DNA from: an uncultured Candidatus Binatia bacterium
Lineage (GTDB): Bacteria > Desulfobacterota > Binatia > UBA9968 > JAJDTQ01
Direction: 5' to 3'
Assembly (NCBI GenBank): GCA_965213675.1
Contig: OZ243916.1
Coordinates: forward strand, 3,840,001-3,904,000
DNA length: 64,000 bases
Part shown: positions 21,145-30,277 of the stretch, piece after piece
Layout: every line of letters starts with the position of its first letter
Numbering within the stretch: the first letter of the stretch is position 1
Position numbers and translations under genes: made by a program
Notes under the pieces: generated by a model
What the model was told of the DNA's origin: nothing
Database searches by the model: none
What the model saw: only the letters and a program-made list of their open reading frames with translations

Positions 21145-22290
21145 ATGTCATCCACGAAACATCCCATGCTGGAGGCGGCCAGGTCGCTGGCGCCGCGAAT
21201 CCGCGCTTGCGCGGATCGGATCGAGACGGAACGGGAGTTGCCGCGGGAGCTGTTCGACGCGCTCTCGGACGCCGGCCTGTTCAAGCTCGGGCTGCCACGG
21301 TCTCTGGACGGCGTCGAGATCGACCTGCCGGCCTACGTCGACGTGCTGGAGGAAGTGGGCAAGGCCGATGCCAGCACCGCGTGGCTGGTGAATCAGTGCT
21401 CGATCTTCGCCACCTACGGCGCGCGCCTGGCTCCGGCGGTGGCGCGGCAAATCTGGACCGACACGCCGCGCTGCGTGGTGGCCAACACGTCCATGCCCAC
21501 CGCGGAGGCGGTGCCGGTGCCGGGCGGATTCCGGGTCACCGGGCGTCATCGCTTCAGTTCGGGTTCCCTGCACGCATCGTGGTTCGCCGCGCGCGCGTGG
21601 CTTCCGGAACCGGACGGCGAGCGGGTGCAGAAGTTCCTCTTCGTGCCGGCCGCGGACGTGGAGGTGGTGGACATCTGGAAGGTGCGCGGCATGCGCGGCA
21701 CCGGCACCAACGACTTCATCGTGGACGGCGTCTTCGTCCCGGAGGAGCGGGTGATCCGTCAGCTCGGCAGTCCGGTGCGGGAGCCGGGGCCGCTTTACAA
21801 GATCGCGCTGGTCCTGCTGTTCGCGGCGGGCGACGCCGCGCTGTCCCTGGGCGCGGCTCAATCGTGTCTCGATGCGTTCCTGGAACTGGCCGGCGCCAAG
21901 AAGCCCAACGCCATGCCCGCGCTGTTGCGGGATCAGTCCCCGGTACAGGTGGCGGTGGGTCAGATCCAGGCCTCGCTTGCGTCGGGGCGGGCCTACATAC
22001 GGGAGGCGGTCCGGGCCATCTGGTCGGAGGCGGTATCGCCGGAGCCCCTCACCCTGGAACGGCGCCTCGGCCTGCGCCTGGCCGCCACCCATTGTATCCG
22101 GCAGGCGATCCAGGCGGTGGAAACCCTCTACAACCTCTCCGGCACCACCGCCGTCTTCGAGGGCAACGTCATCCAGCGGATCTTCCAGGACATCCACGTC
22201 ATCAGCCAGCACCAGCAGGTGCGCCTCACCAACTACGAGCTGGCGGGCAAGCACGTGCTGGGGCTGGAGATCGAGACAACGCGGCTCTGA
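21145..22290 (+). CDS. Acyl-CoA dehydrogenase-like flavin-dependent monooxygenase (HsaA/HpaH-like oxygenase component)
   Basis: DASTAW, FSSGS, GMRGTGTNDF and QRIFQDIH motifs. Confidence 0.85.
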   Translation: MSSTKHPMLEAARSLAPRIRACADRIETERELPRELFDALSDAGLFKLGLPRSLDGVEIDLPAYVDVLEEVGKADASTAWLVNQCSIFATYGARLAPAVARQIWTDTPRCVVANTSMPTAEAVPVPGGFRVTGRHRFSSGSLHASWFAARAWLPEPDGERVQKFLFVPAADVEVVDIWKVRGMRGTGTNDFIVDGVFVPEERVIRQLGSPVREPGPLYKIALVLLFAAGDAALSLGAAQSCLDAFLELAGAKKPNAMPALLRDQSPVQVAVGQIQASLASGRAYIREAVRAIWSEAVSPEPLTLERRLGLRLAATHCIRQAIQAVETLYNLSGTTAVFEGNVIQRIFQDIHVISQHQQVRLTNYELAGKHVLGLEIETTRL

Positions 22291-22355
22291 TCAGGGGTCA
22301 TTGGACGGCAGGCGCCGCAGGCGCGGCGCGCCGTCCAATGATAAGAACCGATCCG

Positions 22356-23216
22356 CTACAGGGCCACCGCGGACTCGTAGGGCTCGTCAAGGGGCGTGTC
22401 CGCGCCGAAGAGATCCCGCTCGGCGATCCAGCGGTGAGTCTTCTCGTACACTTCCTGCGTGTAGGGCTCGAACACCATGCGCTCGCCGACGCCCATGGCG
22501 TGGACATCCACCAGTTCGTGGTAGCGTTCGGGAATCTCCCTCAACAGGTAGTGCCGGAAACGCTCCGGTTCCACGTCGATGGCGCGTTGTGCGCGCTGCA
22601 GCGCGTTGAAGTATTTTTTCGTGTCTTCGTCGTCCGAGTCCGGTTCGAGCAGGAAGCCGATCATGAATGTCGTATCGACGATCCTGCGGAACCCTTGCTG
22701 CTCCAGCACGTACATCGGAGCGCCGAAGACGTTGCCCGCCGGAACGTCGCGTTCCAGCAACCGCGCCATGCGGTCCAACGGACGGCCGGCGAACTGCAGC
22801 TTGACCGCGGAAGCGCCCAGGATCGGCTCGAGGGCCTGCAGCGCCGAGAAATGGCTGCCCGAGTGGTACCCTACGGCGACCTCCACGTTGGCGAGGTCCC
22901 CTGGCTTGCGGATCTCCGATTCCGGCGGCACGTAGATGCCCGAGGGCGTCACCGAGTAGGCGTGTCCCCACATGCGGCCGTGTTGTCCGGTGGCCGCCAC
23001 GTTGACCATCCAGTGGCAAGCCGAGCTGACCTCGCAGGCGCGTCCGTCCTTCATGTCCTCAAGGGCGCCGTGACGAACCTCCTTGGGCTCCTCGGACTGC
23101 TGGGAAACGATGCCGAAGACGAACTCGTAGTCGAGTCCCTCGTCCTTGAAGTAGCCCAATTCCTCGGCCACCCACTCCTGGAGCCGTCCGTGCGGTTGTA
23201 TGCGAAATTTGGCCAC
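22356..23216 (-). CDS. NMT1/SsuA-like substrate-binding-fold protein with no obvious signal peptide
   Basis: VAEELGYFKDEGLDYE and VAVGYHSGSHFS; GGAGG RBS before GTG 23216. Confidence 0.75.
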   Translation of the reverse strand: MAKFRIQPHGRLQEWVAEELGYFKDEGLDYEFVFGIVSQQSEEPKEVRHGALEDMKDGRACEVSSACHWMVNVAATGQHGRMWGHAYSVTPSGIYVPPESEIRKPGDLANVEVAVGYHSGSHFSALQALEPILGASAVKLQFAGRPLDRMARLLERDVPAGNVFGAPMYVLEQQGFRRIVDTTFMIGFLLEPDSDDEDTKKYFNALQRAQRAIDVEPERFRHYLLREIPERYHELVDVHAMGVGERMVFEPYTQEVYEKTHRWIAERDLFGADTPLDEPYESAVAL

Positions 23217-23421
23217 CCTGGTCACCTCCCGTCTCGGATTCGAGCCGCTGTCTCCACGGCGCGTCCGGACACTCTAATCCGCAGCCCATCGCGGAGTCAA
23301 ACCATTTCCGGCCCGACAAACGGCCTCCGGAGCGGGCGGCGCGGTGGGAACGTGGAGGCCGGACCAGTCCGCCGTCGAGCGGAAGGCCCGACCTCCCGAG
23401 ACGCCAGGAGACGCCTGGGAC

Positions 23422-24069
23422 TCAGCGACTCTCCTTTACCATCTCCACCGGCGCCGCGCCGTTGTGCCCGCCGCCGGTGGTCTCCCCAGGCCCGGAGACG
23501 AATGTCTGTCCGGCGTTGACCTGGCCGGGGGTCGCCATTCCGGGTCCGTTCCAGGTGAAATCGGCCAGGGCATGGCCGGATCCCTTGAGCTGTAGGGAAT
23601 GGCCCATTTGGGTGGCGTTCGACTCGCGCACGCCGATGTCCGTGGCCGCGATGCCTTCGGCCGGGCCGGCGGTAGCGGTGAAGCCGCCCTCGTAGCTCAT
23701 GAAGTGGATGACTTCGCCGGCCGGGTTGACCAGGGCCACGCCGTCGGGCGAGCCGTTCTCGATGCGATCGACCGGGAACGAAAGCGTGCCGTAGCCGCCC
23801 TGTTGTTCCGGGATGGACCCTTCCAGGGAAACGGTGCGGTACGGACGGCCGTTCTTGCCGTTGTACAGCACCAGACTCCATCCGTTCAGGTCGGTACCCG
23901 CAGGGCCCGCGATCTCCAGGCTTTCCTCCGCGTCGGCGCCGGCGTTGTCATAATGGACCTCGTTGATGAAAACGCTCTGTCCCCATGCGGGAAGTCCCGC
24001 GCACAGCACCAGACCGAATACCGCCGCGGCAGACACCCGGAACCAACCATTCTCCAAACTCTTGCGCAT
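23422..24069 (-). CDS. Secreted stand-alone lamin-tail-like domain, as found N-terminally in extracellular endonucleases
   Basis: Signal peptide, then VFINEVHYDNAGAD...EIAGPAGTDLNGWSLVLYNG...IENGSPDGVALV...ATPGQVN. Confidence 0.75.
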   Translation of the reverse strand: MRKSLENGWFRVSAAAVFGLVLCAGLPAWGQSVFINEVHYDNAGADAEESLEIAGPAGTDLNGWSLVLYNGKNGRPYRTVSLEGSIPEQQGGYGTLSFPVDRIENGSPDGVALVNPAGEVIHFMSYEGGFTATAGPAEGIAATDIGVRESNATQMGHSLQLKGSGHALADFTWNGPGMATPGQVNAGQTFVSGPGETTGGGHNGAAPVEMVKESR

Positions 24070-24246
24070 GGTTGCACCTCCTTCGCGCAAAACCGTCCGT
24101 GCCGGGTCCACCACGTTCCCGGCTCCTGTAAGTGAAATCGTCTGGAGGACGGCAGACTTTAGGGGTTGTGCGCGAATTTCTTGGACGAAAGAGTCGAAGC
24201 GACCAGCGGAAGTCGTGCATCAGCCCCCGGGCAACCACGGCGCCAG

Positions 24247-24405
24247 GAGCCTGTCGGGTTTATCGAATCGTAGCGAGAGGCAGAGAAATGGAGGCGAGTT
24301 TCGGGCGGATTTGAGGAGAATATTGGAAATATTGGACGAAAATCCAACCGGAAATGGACCCATTTCCCTGCCTCGCAGTAGATTCTTGATAAACCTGACA
24401 GGCTC
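24247..24405 (+). mobile_element. 159-bp MITE-like palindromic element, family B, copy 1
   Basis: TIRs GAGCCTGTCGGGTTTATC / GATAAACCTGACAGGCTC; flanks CCAG and CTAG; near-identical to 32222-32380. Confidence 0.9.
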
Positions 24406-24569
24406 CTAGGCCGGGAAGACAATCATCAGCGCCATTACCGGAAGCTGGAGCCCGACGAAGGAGACCGCGACGCTGGCGCCGGCCCGGGCCGCGGTCCTGT
24501 CCGGCGCGCCTACGGATCACACGACGAAACTGTTATGAAGGCAGGTCAGTGCTGGGCGCTGAGTTCGCC

Positions 24570-25448
24570 ATGCGCATTTTCGCCATATCCGACGTACACG
24601 CGGATCACCCGCAAAACAGGGCCCTGATCCAGGGGTTCTCCGGCCACGAATATCTCCGCGACACCCTGTTGTTGGCGGGAGACGTCACCGATAACCTCCC
24701 CAGCCTGGCACGGGTGCTGGGTGGTATCCGCGACAAGTTCGCCCATGTGTTCTTCGTCCCCGGAAACCACGAGCTGTGGGTGCGGCGCGGCGAGCGCGGC
24801 GACTCCATCGCCAAGTTCGAGAAGGTCGTGAGGCTCTGCGCCGGGCTCGGCGTGGCCACGAGCCCAGCCAGGGTCGCCGCCGGCCCCGGCGATCCCGGAG
24901 CGTGGGTGGTGCCGCTGTTGTCGTGGTACGTCAAACCGGAGCACGGCGCCGACAGCCTGTACGTCCCCAGGGAAGGGGACGACGCGCGGGGCGTCTCCTG
25001 GGCCGACGACGTGCTGACCCGGTGGCCGGTCCTGCCGTCCGTGGCAGACTACTTCCTCGACATGAACGAGCCTCACCTCCATCGGGAATACGACGCTCCG
25101 GTGCTGACGTTCAGTCATTTCCTGCCCCGGCGGGAGGTGATGCTCCGTCCGCCGGGCGCCCCGCCCGCGCGAGCCGGGCGCGCCGTCCGTTTCAATTTCA
25201 GCCGGGTGGCCGGCAGCGCGCGGATCGACTCTCAACTCCGCGCACTGCGTTCCGCGCTGCACGTCTACGGCCACCAGCACCGGAACCGCGACCGTCTCAT
25301 CGACGGCGTGCGCTATGTCTCCAACTGCCTGGGCTACCCGCCGGAGCGGGCACGGGGCGAGATCGGCGAGCCCTGCGGACGCCTCAAGCTGGTGTGGGAT
25401 ACCCGGAAAAACCAACCGGAAATGGACCCATGCCCTGCCTCGCAGTAG
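24570..25448 (+). CDS. Calcineurin-like metallophosphoesterase; C-terminus supplied by a MITE-B fragment
   Basis: SDVH, AGD, GNHE, SHFLP and GHQH motifs. Confidence 0.9.
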   Translation: MRIFAISDVHADHPQNRALIQGFSGHEYLRDTLLLAGDVTDNLPSLARVLGGIRDKFAHVFFVPGNHELWVRRGERGDSIAKFEKVVRLCAGLGVATSPARVAAGPGDPGAWVVPLLSWYVKPEHGADSLYVPREGDDARGVSWADDVLTRWPVLPSVADYFLDMNEPHLHREYDAPVLTFSHFLPRREVMLRPPGAPPARAGRAVRFNFSRVAGSARIDSQLRALRSALHVYGHQHRNRDRLIDGVRYVSNCLGYPPERARGEIGEPCGRLKLVWDTRKNQPEMDPCPASQ

Positions 25449-25472
25449 ATTCTCGATAAACCCGACAGGCTC
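25406..25472 (+). repeat. Right-end fragment of MITE family B
   Basis: CCAACCGGAAATGGACCCAT...GATAAACCCGACAGGCTC matches the 3' part of 24247-24405. Confidence 0.85.
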
Positions 25473-25511
25473 CCACGGTTCGCTGTCTGAATCCGGGTCT
25501 CAGGTTCGCCA

Positions 25512-26273
25512 TCAGTGGATGATCCCGCCGCCCTCCACCACCAGCAACTGGCCGGTCATGAAGTCGCTGTCCGCGCTGGCGAGGAAGAGCGCCGTGCCGG
25601 TGACGTCCTCGGGCACCTCGACGCGCTTGAAGGCCCGGCGGCCGGCGCTGTCGGACCGGCGCTTGCGGATGTCGTCGGTGATGACGTCCTCACTCATGGT
25701 GGAACCGGGGGTCATGCAGTTGACGTTGATGTTCCAGTCCCCGAGTTGCCGGGCCATGACCCGGGTGAGCCCGACCACGCCGCCCTTGGAACTGGTGTAG
25801 TGGGGCATGTTGCTGGTGCCGTTCAGGAAAGTGCCGGACGCGATGGTGATGATCTTGCCGGACTTCTGTTCCTTCATGACCGGGATGACCGCGCGGCAGC
25901 ACATGAAGACGCCCTTGAGGTTCACCTCCATGACCCGGTCCCACTCGTCCAGCGGGCAGTCCTCCACCCGGCCCATCCACATCTTCTGAGTGACGTAGAT
26001 GGCCGCGTTGTTGAGGAGCACGTCGATGCGGCCGAACCGGTCGACCGTTTCGGCAACCAGGCCCTCGATGCTGTCGTATTTTGTGACGTCGGTGGTGCGC
26101 GCCCAACCCGATTGCCCGGCCTCCGTCAGCGCCCGGGCTACGGTATCGCCGGCCGCCGCGTCTATGTCGGCGATGACCACCCGCGCGCCCTCCTCCGCGA
26201 ACCGTCCGGCGTAGGCCCTGCCGAGCCCGTGTCCGCCTCCGGTGATGATGGTGACCTTGTCCTTGAGTCGCAT
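25512..26273 (-). CDS. SDR family oxidoreductase
   Basis: TGGGHGLG, NNAA and YTSSK motifs. Confidence 0.92.
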   Translation of the reverse strand: MRLKDKVTIITGGGHGLGRAYAGRFAEEGARVVIADIDAAAGDTVARALTEAGQSGWARTTDVTKYDSIEGLVAETVDRFGRIDVLLNNAAIYVTQKMWMGRVEDCPLDEWDRVMEVNLKGVFMCCRAVIPVMKEQKSGKIITIASGTFLNGTSNMPHYTSSKGGVVGLTRVMARQLGDWNINVNCMTPGSTMSEDVITDDIRKRRSDSAGRRAFKRVEVPEDVTGTALFLASADSDFMTGQLLVVEGGGIIH

Positions 26274-26512
26274 GGATGCCTCCCCGTCTCGCTCTTGTTC
26301 TTGCCCGCCGCGTGGTGGCGGCGAGTATAGCACACCGCCCGGAACCGACCCGTGGTACGGCCGACCATTGCTCTATCCCCCCAAGACAGCGTACAAAGGG
26401 TGTGCGTCGGTGAAGTCGGAGCTTGGGTCACAGACGTTCTTCGGGCAACCTGCGTTTTCCGCGGAACGGCGTACCAGGACGGACGCGCCACCGTACACAC
26501 AGGAGGTTCACC

Positions 26513-26869
26513 GTGCAGTTCGTTCGATTGTTCACCGGGGACGACGGCCAGTCCCACTTCGAGGACCTCGATACCAGCGCCCCAGGCGGCTACTTCTTCG
26601 AGACCCTGCCGGTCACGGGGCTGGTACTGAAGAACGATCCGGCAACCCATCTGGGCGACTTCCACACAGCGCCACGGCGGCAGTACTGCATCACCCTCTC
26701 GGGCTCCGCGGAGATCCGGGTGGGCGACGGCACCTCGCGAACCTTCGTGGCCGGGGACGTGTTTCTGGCGGAGGATGTGTCCGGGCAGGGTCATACGCTG
26801 ACGCCGAACAACTGGGCGCGGGCCTTTGTTCACATCGATCAGGAGCCTGTCGGGATTGTCGAATCGTAG
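26513..26869 (+). CDS. Small cupin-domain protein; stop codon supplied by a MITE-B fragment
   Basis: AGGAGG RBS then GTG; LFTGDDGQSHFED, HTAPRRQY and EDVSGQGH. Confidence 0.8.
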   Translation: MQFVRLFTGDDGQSHFEDLDTSAPGGYFFETLPVTGLVLKNDPATHLGDFHTAPRRQYCITLSGSAEIRVGDGTSRTFVAGDVFLAEDVSGQGHTLTPNNWARAFVHIDQEPVGIVES

Positions 26870-26879
26870 CGAGAGGCAG
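26843..26879 (+). repeat. Left-end fragment of MITE family B
   Basis: GAGCCTGTCGGGATTGTCGAATCGTAGCGAGAGGCAG matches the first 37 bp of 32222-32380. Confidence 0.85.
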
Positions 26880-26956
26880 GGACGTGTCAGCCACTGGGAC
26901 AAGGGTCACGGGCGGCGCCCGAAGTATTCAACGTACGCCTGGAAAGGAGTCACAGC

Positions 26957-27469
26957 ATGAGCAATGATGAGAAAACCCCCATCAAGGTCAAGAAGATCGG
27001 CCACGTGGTGTTCAACGTGAGCGACCTGGAGCGCAGCACGAAGTTCTGGACCGACATCATGGGATTCCATGTGTCGGATGTGAACGAGCGCGGCATGATT
27101 TTCCTGCGCAACGCTTCGGACCACCACACCGTGGCGCTGTTCCCGTCCAAGTCCGACAAGGGACGACCGGAGCCGGATGAGGTCGCTTTCAACCACTTTG
27201 CCCTGGAGGTGGCGAGCGTCTCCGAGTTGTTCGAGATCCGCGACTTTCTGAAGGCCAACAACGTGCCCATCGTGTACGAAGGCCGCCGCGGGCCGGGTTG
27301 CAATCCGGGCGTCGAATTTCTGGATCCCGACGGCTTCCAGATCGAGCTCTACGCCTCCATGGATCAGATCGGCTGGGAAGGCGAGAGCCGGCCGGCCGAG
27401 CAGTGGTCCCGCGCCGCCACGCTCGAGGAAGTGCTGGAAAAGCCCATCCCGGGCGTCGCCTACGAGTAG
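26957..27469 (+). CDS. VOC family protein (glyoxalase/extradiol dioxygenase-like)
   Basis: IGHVVFNVSD, DHHTVAL, NHFALEV and DPDGFQIELY motifs. Confidence 0.88.
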   Translation: MSNDEKTPIKVKKIGHVVFNVSDLERSTKFWTDIMGFHVSDVNERGMIFLRNASDHHTVALFPSKSDKGRPEPDEVAFNHFALEVASVSELFEIRDFLKANNVPIVYEGRRGPGCNPGVEFLDPDGFQIELYASMDQIGWEGESRPAEQWSRAATLEEVLEKPIPGVAYE

Positions 27470-27550
27470 ACTCCATCACCGCGGAGAGAGGGGCGGGCAC
27501 ACCGGCCTCCTCCCTCCGCGCCATCCAACGCATCACTGAAGGGCAGCGCG

Positions 27551-28786
27551 ATGGCGGTGCACGTGATCATGCCGGCCATGGGGGCGACCCAGGAGACGGG
27601 CCGTCTCGTGCGCTGGTTCAAGCACGAGGGGGATTCCGTCGCCCAGGGCGAGATGCTCATGGAAGTGGAGACGGACAAGTCGGTGGTGGAGGTGGAAGCG
27701 CCCGCTTCCGGAATCCTGGCCCAGGTGACCGCGGAGCCGGATGACGACATCCCGGTGGGACAGACCATCGCGTTGATCGTGGGACCGGACGAGGACGTGT
27801 GCGCGCCGGAGGGACTTGTTCCGCCCGCTCCGAAGGCAACAGATTCCCCGGACACGCCCATGGACGGCGCTGTCCCGGCGGCGCGGCGCAGGCGCGCAAG
27901 ACCGTCTCGAAAGGAAGCGAAACCACGGGGCGCCGCAAGCGCGTCCCCGCCGGCGCGACCCGCCGCCGGCCGACTCCTTGCGTCCCCGGCGGCCAAACGC
28001 CTGGCAAAGGAGATGGGAGTGGATCTCTCCGGGGTCAGGGGCACCGGACCGGACGGGGCGGTGACCGCGCGCGACCTCCCGCCCAAGGCCGCGCGCGTCC
28101 CCGGCGGCGGCGACGCATCGTTGCCGCCGAGCCGCATGCGCCGCATCATCGGCGAGCGCATGACCTTGAGCAAGCAGACCGCGCCGCACTTCTACCTCAG
28201 CATGGATGTGGACATGACCGCCATCGAGTCCCGGCGCGCGGCGCTGAAGGAACAGGCGTCCGGGAGAGCGCCGTCCATCAACGACTTCATCCTGCGAGCG
28301 GTGGCCCGGGCGCTCGCGGAATCACCGGCGATGAACGCGGCCTGGACGGACGCGGGCATCCAACAGTACCGCGACGTGAACCTCGGCATGGCCGTGGCCG
28401 TGGACGAGGGCCTCCTGGTGCCTGTCATCCGCAACGCGGACAAGCTCGGCCTGGAGGACCTGGCACGCCGGAGCCGCGAACTCGCGAGCCTGGCCCAAAG
28501 CCGTGGACTCAAACCCGCCGACTGCCAGGGCGGCACCTTCACGGTCTCCAACCTCGGCATGTTCGGAGTCGACAGCTTCACCGCCATTATCAATCCGCCG
28601 CAGTGCGGCATCCTGGCCGTCGGCCAAGTGGCCCCACGGGTGCTCCCCCACGACGGCAACATCGCCGTCCGCACCATGATGACCATGACCCTCTCCGCCG
28701 ACCATCGCGCCGTGGACGGCGCCATCGGCGCCCGGTTCCTGCAACGGGTCAAGCGGCGCATGGAAGAGATCTGTCGGCGGGCGTAG
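27551..28786 (+). CDS. 2-oxoacid/acetoin dehydrogenase E2 (dihydrolipoamide acyltransferase)
   Basis: Lipoyl domain ETDKS; E3-binding ASPAAKRLAKE; catalytic DHRAVDG. Confidence 0.92.
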   Translation: MAVHVIMPAMGATQETGRLVRWFKHEGDSVAQGEMLMEVETDKSVVEVEAPASGILAQVTAEPDDDIPVGQTIALIVGPDEDVCAPEGLVPPAPKATDSPDTPMDGAVPAARRRRARPSRKEAKPRGAASASPPARPAAGRLLASPAAKRLAKEMGVDLSGVRGTGPDGAVTARDLPPKAARVPGGGDASLPPSRMRRIIGERMTLSKQTAPHFYLSMDVDMTAIESRRAALKEQASGRAPSINDFILRAVARALAESPAMNAAWTDAGIQQYRDVNLGMAVAVDEGLLVPVIRNADKLGLEDLARRSRELASLAQSRGLKPADCQGGTFTVSNLGMFGVDSFTAIINPPQCGILAVGQVAPRVLPHDGNIAVRTMMTMTLSADHRAVDGAIGARFLQRVKRRMEEICRRA

Positions 28787-28825
28787 GCGCCCGGCTTCGT
28801 GCAGGTGCAGTGCCCGGCCGGAAGG

Positions 28826-29923
28826 TCACATCCCGGGCCAGCTTTCCATGGGGTCGGTGGAACTCACGAGGTGCATGCCGGCGGAGGCGGCCTCGTCAAG
28901 GGTCTCTTCGGCGGCTTCGGTGAAGTCGGCGAGGATGGCGCCGTCTGCGCCGCGGACCACCACCGACGACATGCAGTCGGTGAGAAGGTAGACTCTCCGG
29001 GCGAGCGACGGGTCTTGGCGGCGGATTGCGTCCAGCAGGTCCTGCACGGTGCTCTTGACGCAGTGGCTGGCGGCCTGTCCGGCCACCACGAGGGCGTCCG
29101 CTTCCATCAGCGTCCTGTAGAACGGAACGTTGCGCTCCGCGAGAATGCCGCCGTCCCAGGTAGCGAGGACTTCGGGACACAGCACGGAATAGTTCTCCGT
29201 CAGATTGTGCCCGCCCTTGGCCTCGGTCCAGGACTGCGTGGACCGCGCCAGCGAGTGCAGCGTCCGCGCCTCGTCAACGACGCCCGTGACGGTATGGCCG
29301 GGACTTCCCACGAGGCAGTGAGGCGGCCACAGGTAGAGCGTGTAGCGCCCGCCGGACGCCAACTCGCGGTTGTAGAAGCAGCACTGTTCCACCAGCCAAT
29401 CGTAGCCCTGGTCCGTGACCCACGGAGTCATGTCGGGGTTGGGACGCACGTCCTCCTTGAGGATGTTGCCCGCGGGGTCGATGTTGACCAGGACCGTGGC
29501 GGTACGCCCGTCCGCTGTGATGAGCGTGTGGGGGGCCAGCGGCTCGCCGTGGGAATCCACCCAGAACCAGGGAAAGAAGATCTGGAAATTATGATGGCTG
29601 TCCAGGGTGCAGCGGATGTGGGTGAGGCGCGCGAGGTTGCGGTAGATGAACTCTGCGATGCGCCGGTTGTCGTCAACGGCGCCGCGGCCATCGCGGCCGC
29701 CTACGTAGAGCGTGCCCTCGGGGTGGCAGAAGTCCCGCTGCACGTCGATGAGCAGCAGTTCGATGCGCCGGGAGTCCGTTGCGGCGGGCGGGATCTTGAA
29801 CATTCGCCGGAAACGGATGGCTTCGTGGAAGATGGCCATGCGGTCCGGCGCATGGAAGAAGTCGCCGGCCAGCCCGGCGTCGTAGTACGCGGGTGTTTCC
29901 CTGATTTCGGAGGACAGCGCCAT
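28826..29923 (-). CDS. Nicotinamidase-like cysteine hydrolase (long isochorismatase-family type)
   Basis: IDVQRDFC, TLDSH, WPPHC and AGQAASHCV motifs. Confidence 0.85.
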   Translation of the reverse strand: MALSSEIRETPAYYDAGLAGDFFHAPDRMAIFHEAIRFRRMFKIPPAATDSRRIELLLIDVQRDFCHPEGTLYVGGRDGRGAVDDNRRIAEFIYRNLARLTHIRCTLDSHHNFQIFFPWFWVDSHGEPLAPHTLITADGRTATVLVNIDPAGNILKEDVRPNPDMTPWVTDQGYDWLVEQCCFYNRELASGGRYTLYLWPPHCLVGSPGHTVTGVVDEARTLHSLARSTQSWTEAKGGHNLTENYSVLCPEVLATWDGGILAERNVPFYRTLMEADALVVAGQAASHCVKSTVQDLLDAIRRQDPSLARRVYLLTDCMSSVVVRGADGAILADFTEAAEETLDEAASAGMHLVSSTDPMESWPGM

Positions 29924-29932
29924 TGCTTCCGA

Positions 29933-30113
29933 CTACAGAAGCTTCACCAATGCGGCCACCACTCCGACGCACACGACCATCATCGATCCGAGGCGAAGGG
30001 TCAGCCGCAGTTCCTGTTCCTTCATGTCCTGTTTCAGCCGGAGTTCCAATTCCTTCACGAAGGAATGGGTGTCGCTTCACGAAGGAATGGGTGTCGAATG
30101 CGACCGCGGTCAT
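29933..30113 (-). pseudogene. DUF1640/CCDC90-like coiled-coil plus TM protein, frameshifted by a 22-bp tandem duplication
   Basis: N-terminal MTAVAFDTHSFVK and, in another frame, ELELRLKQDMKEQELRLTLRLGSMMVVCVGVVAALVKLL*. Confidence 0.75.
30053..30096. repeat. Perfect 22-bp tandem duplication
   Basis: CTTCACGAAGGAATGGGTGTCG at 30053-30074 and again at 30075-30096. Confidence 0.95.
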
Positions 30114-30277
30114 GGCTGGATTCTAGCGTCCTAGCGGGCCAATGTCCATGCACCGCGGGTCCTGTGTCCGTGCAAGGGACCGCTCCTGGCATGGATCGAG
30201 CCCTTCGGCAGGGCGGTCTCCACGGACCGTGTCGCGTCGTTTGCCCGCCAGCGGTCCAGTGACATAAAAGGGAAGGC

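Noticed and set aside
24305-24350. Hammerhead-like look of the MITE core (TTGAGGAG-stem-CGAAA)
   Set aside because: Lacks the canonical CUGAnGA and a clean stem II; family A has GACGAG rather than GAAA; no stem I/III arrangement found.
30053-30096. Possible CRISPR repeat
   Set aside because: Only two directly abutting copies, no spacer and no cas genes.
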